This document shows, piece by piece, positions 59,776 to 64,000 of a stretch of DNA of 64,000 nt (the stretch's first letter is position 1; every line of letters starts with the position of its first letter). The stretch lies in assembly GCA_964106915.2 (NCBI GenBank), contig OZ066922.1; one strand, written 5' to 3'. The notes below the pieces were generated by a model. It was not told where the DNA came from. It saw only the letters and a list, made by a program, of their open reading frames with translations, and made no database searches. The stretch comes from Podarcis gaigeae (taxonomy: Eukaryota). Made by a program: the position numbers and the translations under genes.

Positions 59776-60879
59776 TGTGTTCAGTTCAATTACTTGGGCG
59801 TAAACCCTACTGAACTCAAAGCGATTGCTGCTTAGAAGACGTCTATCGGACTGAGTTGATAATCCATGAAAATTCCCCAGTCTTAAAGATTATACTTTAT
59901 GGAATGGGGTGTATGGATGTATTCCAGGATTTCTATAATCTTACTTTTGTTAGATGATTAGGTAAAGAGGTCAGGCTTGAAAAAGAAGGCTTTTCGTTCC
60001 TTTCATTCATTCCTTTTTTCTTCGGTACTTATTCCAAAAACAGCAGATGGCGTTAGTAGTAGGAACTGGAAAGAAAACGTGTTAGGAATTAATAGAGTGT
60101 ATTTCGAGCACTGGGATCGATCGCCCTTGTCGGTAGTTCTTCCGTGAGATTTCTCTGTGTTGTGGATTTGTCACATGTTCCGTGGAATTGCTCACTCTAC
60201 CACCCCAGCCCTGTTCCTGAACTTTACAGCGCTTTTTCCTTCGAGCCAGATAACGATGGCGAGCCTCTCCGTCAAAGTTGGCGTCAGAATGACGCGCGGA
60301 GCGTCTCGCTGGCCTCCTCTGGCTGCGATCCGCATGTCACTTGGGGATCCCTATATGTGTAAGCCCCATGGAACTTCAATGGGTTCTCTTCTGAGTGAGC
60401 ACGGACAGGGGGATCGCGTTTGCAAGACCCTACACTGTCAAACTATTCGGATTTCCTTACACCCTCCAGCCCCGCAGCCGTTTAAAACGTGCGTATCATT
60501 GATTTTTACGCCTGTCTTTGACGCTTGGCAATAGGTCCAGGAGATTTGCAACATTAAACTGCGATCCCAGTTATGCGTGGAAGGAGATTCCGTTGAAATA
60601 AAGCGAATGACTTCCAAGTAAGGTTGCAGTCCAGCCCTACCATGGGCGGTGGAAGTGCTTTTGGACTTGAAAACTGGGACCCTTTTTAACTGGACTGTGT
60701 CTCTTTCCTGTGAATGGAGCTTGACAGTGGAAAATAAACGGATGGCCACGTTCCTGCCGCTGTTGTAACCTCTTCTGCGGTTATAACTCAGGGTTATCAT
60801 TCTCTCACGCTCTTCTTTCTGCTTTGCAGTCTATAAAATATATACACTCCCCACCCCAGCACCTTCAAATCTTTTCCAT

Positions 60880-61330
60880 TTCTAATTGGCCGATTACGGT
60901 TCAGCTGTTTAAACCTCCCCCCCCCCCTTTTAATGGAGATTAAAGCGCAATGGTTATCTGAATTATATATTCACATAAATTCTGGAGGGCCTCGAGAACA
61001 GGGCGGGGCGAGGTTAGAGACCTGTTCCTTTCAGGGAACTCTCTGGAGGGCCTGTCCTCTCCTCTCTCTCCTCCACCCCCGCCCTTCACCCCCAAAGGTA
61101 GCCGTTCAAGCTGAGCGTCTCTCTCTCCCTCCTATTCCTTCAGCAATGCCACTGCTTTGATGACGGGCTCGCGCGGAGCCCTGATTACAAATTTATTCTT
61201 AGGCACCATATAAGTCTTGATATTTGCTATTAAGGACATCTGGCAGTGATTAGAACTCTCCTCTCTCCCTCCCTCCCTCCCTCCTGCCTTGCAATGAGAG
61301 CCTCTATGGACACCCTGACGTCAGATCAGA
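60880..61330. promoter_or_regulatory. Candidate downstream enhancer/promoter
   Basis: Multiple TAAT/ATTA pairs, GATA TTATCT, GC box, CATCTGG 61237-61243, full CRE TGACGTCA 61316-61323. Confidence 0.45.
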
Positions 61331-62702
61331 CGGCGAGGAGCCATCCTGCTCAAGACTTGGGTGTAATCACCAAGCCGCTTTCCAAACACCAGCTGAAGTT
61401 CCAGGCCACCAGCTGGAATGCGAGGGGATATAGAGGAAGCCTTTCTTTGCTCTCTTTTCTTTCTTCTCTCCTAATTCTGTCTTTTCATCCAAGAAAACCT
61501 CGCGTTTTTGAATCCTTTTTGTCTTTTTGAGGTTTTGCATGCTGGATTCATTTCGCTTTGCTGCAAATCTCTTGGAAGGCAGGGGGGGGGGGGACCTGAT
61601 GACCAGATAATGGAAGCACTGGAAAATATTTCCAGGGACCTGGGAATGTCTGTCTTCTTAACCCTCAACAATGGGCTGTATCGAAAGTTACTTCGACTCA
61701 AAGTAGATGCACTGAAATTGATAGACGTGATTAATTTATGTCCATTCCATTCAGTGGTTCTACTCCGAGGAGAAGTTGGTTGGATACAATGGTGGCAATG
61801 CTCTTCTCAAAATTTGGGTCATTTTCAGCTTGGAACTCTGCTCCAGAATCGACATAGATGCCAGGGATCTGCAATGGACAGAACCAGAGGAAGACTTGGG
61901 TTGGCTGGGCTGCCACCTAAGGGGTCCACCAGGTTTCAAAACAGGGCTGGCATATGATGCATACTACTGAAGTCCCGTCGAATTATTTTGGTGTCTTAGG
62001 CAGAAGCGCCCCCCCACCTCTTCCCCATTGCTGACATTGGGGGAAATGCAATGATAATAAATTAAGCAGCAAGCAACTTGCTGCCCTTTCATGATACTCA
62101 AAATCTGCTTGCCCAAAGCAGCTTCCTCAAATCGCCTAATGGTAGGGCTGGCCCAGGTTTCACAATGTAGCACAAACTTCGATATTTACAGCACTGTACT
62201 TTGCCATATCTCAAAGTCTGCTGGGCATTCCTTGCACTTACTGATCCTGTGCACAAAAATCACAAAGGTATGGGTTGGGGAGGGTATAGAGGAGTTCATA
62301 TTTTCTCCCCAGAACCTGGGGATGGGTTTGCTGGTATTCTTTTAAAATAAACAATCCCTTAGAAATAAAAACATCCTGAGATCATTTGTGTGTTTTAAAG
62401 GCTTCCAGTTTACACAGTTAAATATCTTCATTTTCAAATAAGTTGCATTAGAGAGTGAGATGGAAATATTTCAATAGATGTGCACAATGCAAATCTAGAG
62501 ACATACATACGTTGCAAGCAACTTGGTCAAAGCATGGGCAGAGTGCTTCTTTTACACCCATCTTTTTCCTTTTCTTTCTCCTCTGTTGAAGACAGCTGAT
62601 CAGCTGCCCAGGTAAGAGGAGGAACATAACTGAAGCCTACAGTGATCTGAAACCCCCTTCATTTCAATCCCCCCCCCATTTCAATAGATGTAATCTACCC
62701 AC

Positions 62703-62863
62703 CCCGGGTAGCTCAGTTGGTGGAGCATGGTGCTGATAATGGCGAGGTTGCAGAGTCAGTTGCAGAGTCAGTCCCTGTATGGGACGGCTGAATATTCCTG
62801 CATTGCAGGCGGCTGAAATAGATGATCCTCAGGATACCTTCTAACTCTAAAGTTCTATGAATC
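62703..62863 (+). mobile_element. SINE with tRNA-Ile-like head and CR1-derived tail
   Basis: TAGCTCAGTTGGTGGAGCATGGTGCTGATAATGGCGAGGTTGC head; tail TAGATGATCCTCAGGATACCTTCTAACTCTAAAGTTCTATGAATCC. Confidence 0.7.
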
Positions 62864-63237
62864 CAGAGTGAATGGGATGCTTTCCCCCTTAAATTTAAAT
62901 GGTCTTGCACAAATACTAACTGCTAGAGAGGACAAACAGATATCATAGTAGACAGACCTATTGATAGATTATATAGCACAACACTGCTGAACATAGATGA
63001 ACCACTTTCTTGTTTTGCTGTGTACCACTCTTCCACTCTGCACCAGAAGTATCTGAAGAAAGATTTGCCTAGAAGCTGCAACATTCCCTGGAAATTCTAG
63101 TCTAGGGACTGGTAACCTCAGGCCCCTGTGGCTAAATGTAGCTCTGCACCTCCCACCCCTCCTGCACTTAATCTAAATGCATTCTATTGTATACTGTACA
63201 TTATTTCTTTCCATCCAGGGTACCCGTTCTCAGCTCT

Positions 63238-63545
63238 GCCCCATCCACACTATACATCTAAAGCAGTATCATGCCACTTCAAGTAGCCATGGCATACTGC
63301 CTGGGAATCCTGGGAACTGTAGTTTGTTGAGGGTGCTGAGATCTGCTAGGAGAGCCCCTGTTCCTGATATAGAACTACAATTTCCAGAACTCCCTAGGAA
63401 GAGTAATTGACTCTGAGAATTGTGAGGGGAAGAGGAGTCTCCTAACAGTTCTCAGGGCCCTTCAAAACTACAGTTCCCACCCGGGATTATTGCGAGGATA
63501 CCATAGATGTTTAAAGTGCGATAATCCTGCTTTACACATCTAAGA
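63238..63545. mobile_element. Palindromic MITE, long variant of family D
   Basis: GGGAACTGTAGTTTGTTGAGGGTGCTGAGA...TCTCAGGGCCCTTCAAAACTACAGTTCCC inverted arms. Confidence 0.65.
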
Positions 63546-63719
63546 GCCGGTCCTGGGCGGAACTCTGTCTCATATCAAGCCCTCTTTCGCTCCTCAGGCT
63601 CCAGATCCAAAATCTATTTCCCCTTCCCCAGGAAAGCAGCCTGTGAAACTTGCTCTAAGAGAGCTGTGGGGATCCTCGTGTAAGAATATCCCTCAACCAG
63701 AATGTGCAGCAAGCGGATC

Positions 63720-63930
63720 TTTCGAGTCGCCCTAAAATGGTGGGACCGGGAAAGCGAGGCGGGGTGACTGATAATATATTCACCAGAGGAGGCAGAGAGA
63801 GAATCTTGGGTTTATTTGTGCGCCGGATTAAGAGAAGACGCCGAAGGCTGGCCAGGGGCCGAGCTTTGATTGGCCTGACTCCTGAGAGACGAGAGGCTTT
63901 CGTTGCTGCAGCCAATGACACGGCCAAGAT
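63720..63930. promoter_or_regulatory. CpG-rich promoter-like element with CArG, GC box, GATA and two CCAAT boxes
   Basis: CCTAAAATGG 63731-63740, GGCGGGG 63758-63764, TGATAA 63769-63774, ATTGG 63869-63873, CCAAT 63912-63916. Confidence 0.45.
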
Positions 63931-64000
63931 TCACTGTCTGCAAAAGGAAAGCCACAATTCCTCGTTAAACCAAGGGAGATGCGGAGCTGAGGCTTCGGGT

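Noticed and set aside
34090-60635. Recurrent palindromic units as a CRISPR-like or regularly spaced array
   Set aside because: Vertebrate DNA, irregular spacing, highly diverged copies and no cas genes; the pattern fits dispersed MITEs.
61508-61957. 149-aa ORF downstream of HAND2
   Set aside because: Non-ATG (TTG) start, no recognisable domain or codon bias; a lncRNA micropeptide cannot be supported without expression data.
62703-62785. Possible tRNA-Ile gene
   Set aside because: Degenerate, B box disrupted by a duplication, and fused to a CR1 tail, so it is a SINE head.

Overview
Vertebrate genomic DNA, most likely from a squamate and probably a lacertid lizard (inferred from the Sauria-SINE and other squamate-type repeats). 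It contains one protein-coding gene, the bHLH transcription factor HAND2 (+ strand, two coding exons 47862-48443 and 52109-52207, 226 aa). The rest is the HAND2 regulatory landscape. The first ~31.7 kb is CpG-depleted, repeat-rich gene desert with several enhancer-like blocks, a solo LTR and a long hairpin. From ~31.7 kb to the end the sequence is CpG-rich, resembling a methylation valley. This part holds an orphan CpG-island promoter, a likely Dlx-dependent branchial-arch enhancer, candidate cardiac enhancers, the bidirectional HAND2/Upperhand-type promoter, four uORFs, miR-1 and miR-25/92 sites, a palindrome after the poly(A) signal, and downstream promoter/enhancer-like blocks (Handsdown-type candidates). 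I found no evidence of a new protein-coding system; the other ORFs in the track look spurious or repeat-derived. The least expected observation is a strong pile-up of one short hairpin MITE family inside the CpG-rich HAND2 domain. Repeat family names and enhancer identities come from recall and by-eye reading and need database confirmation.
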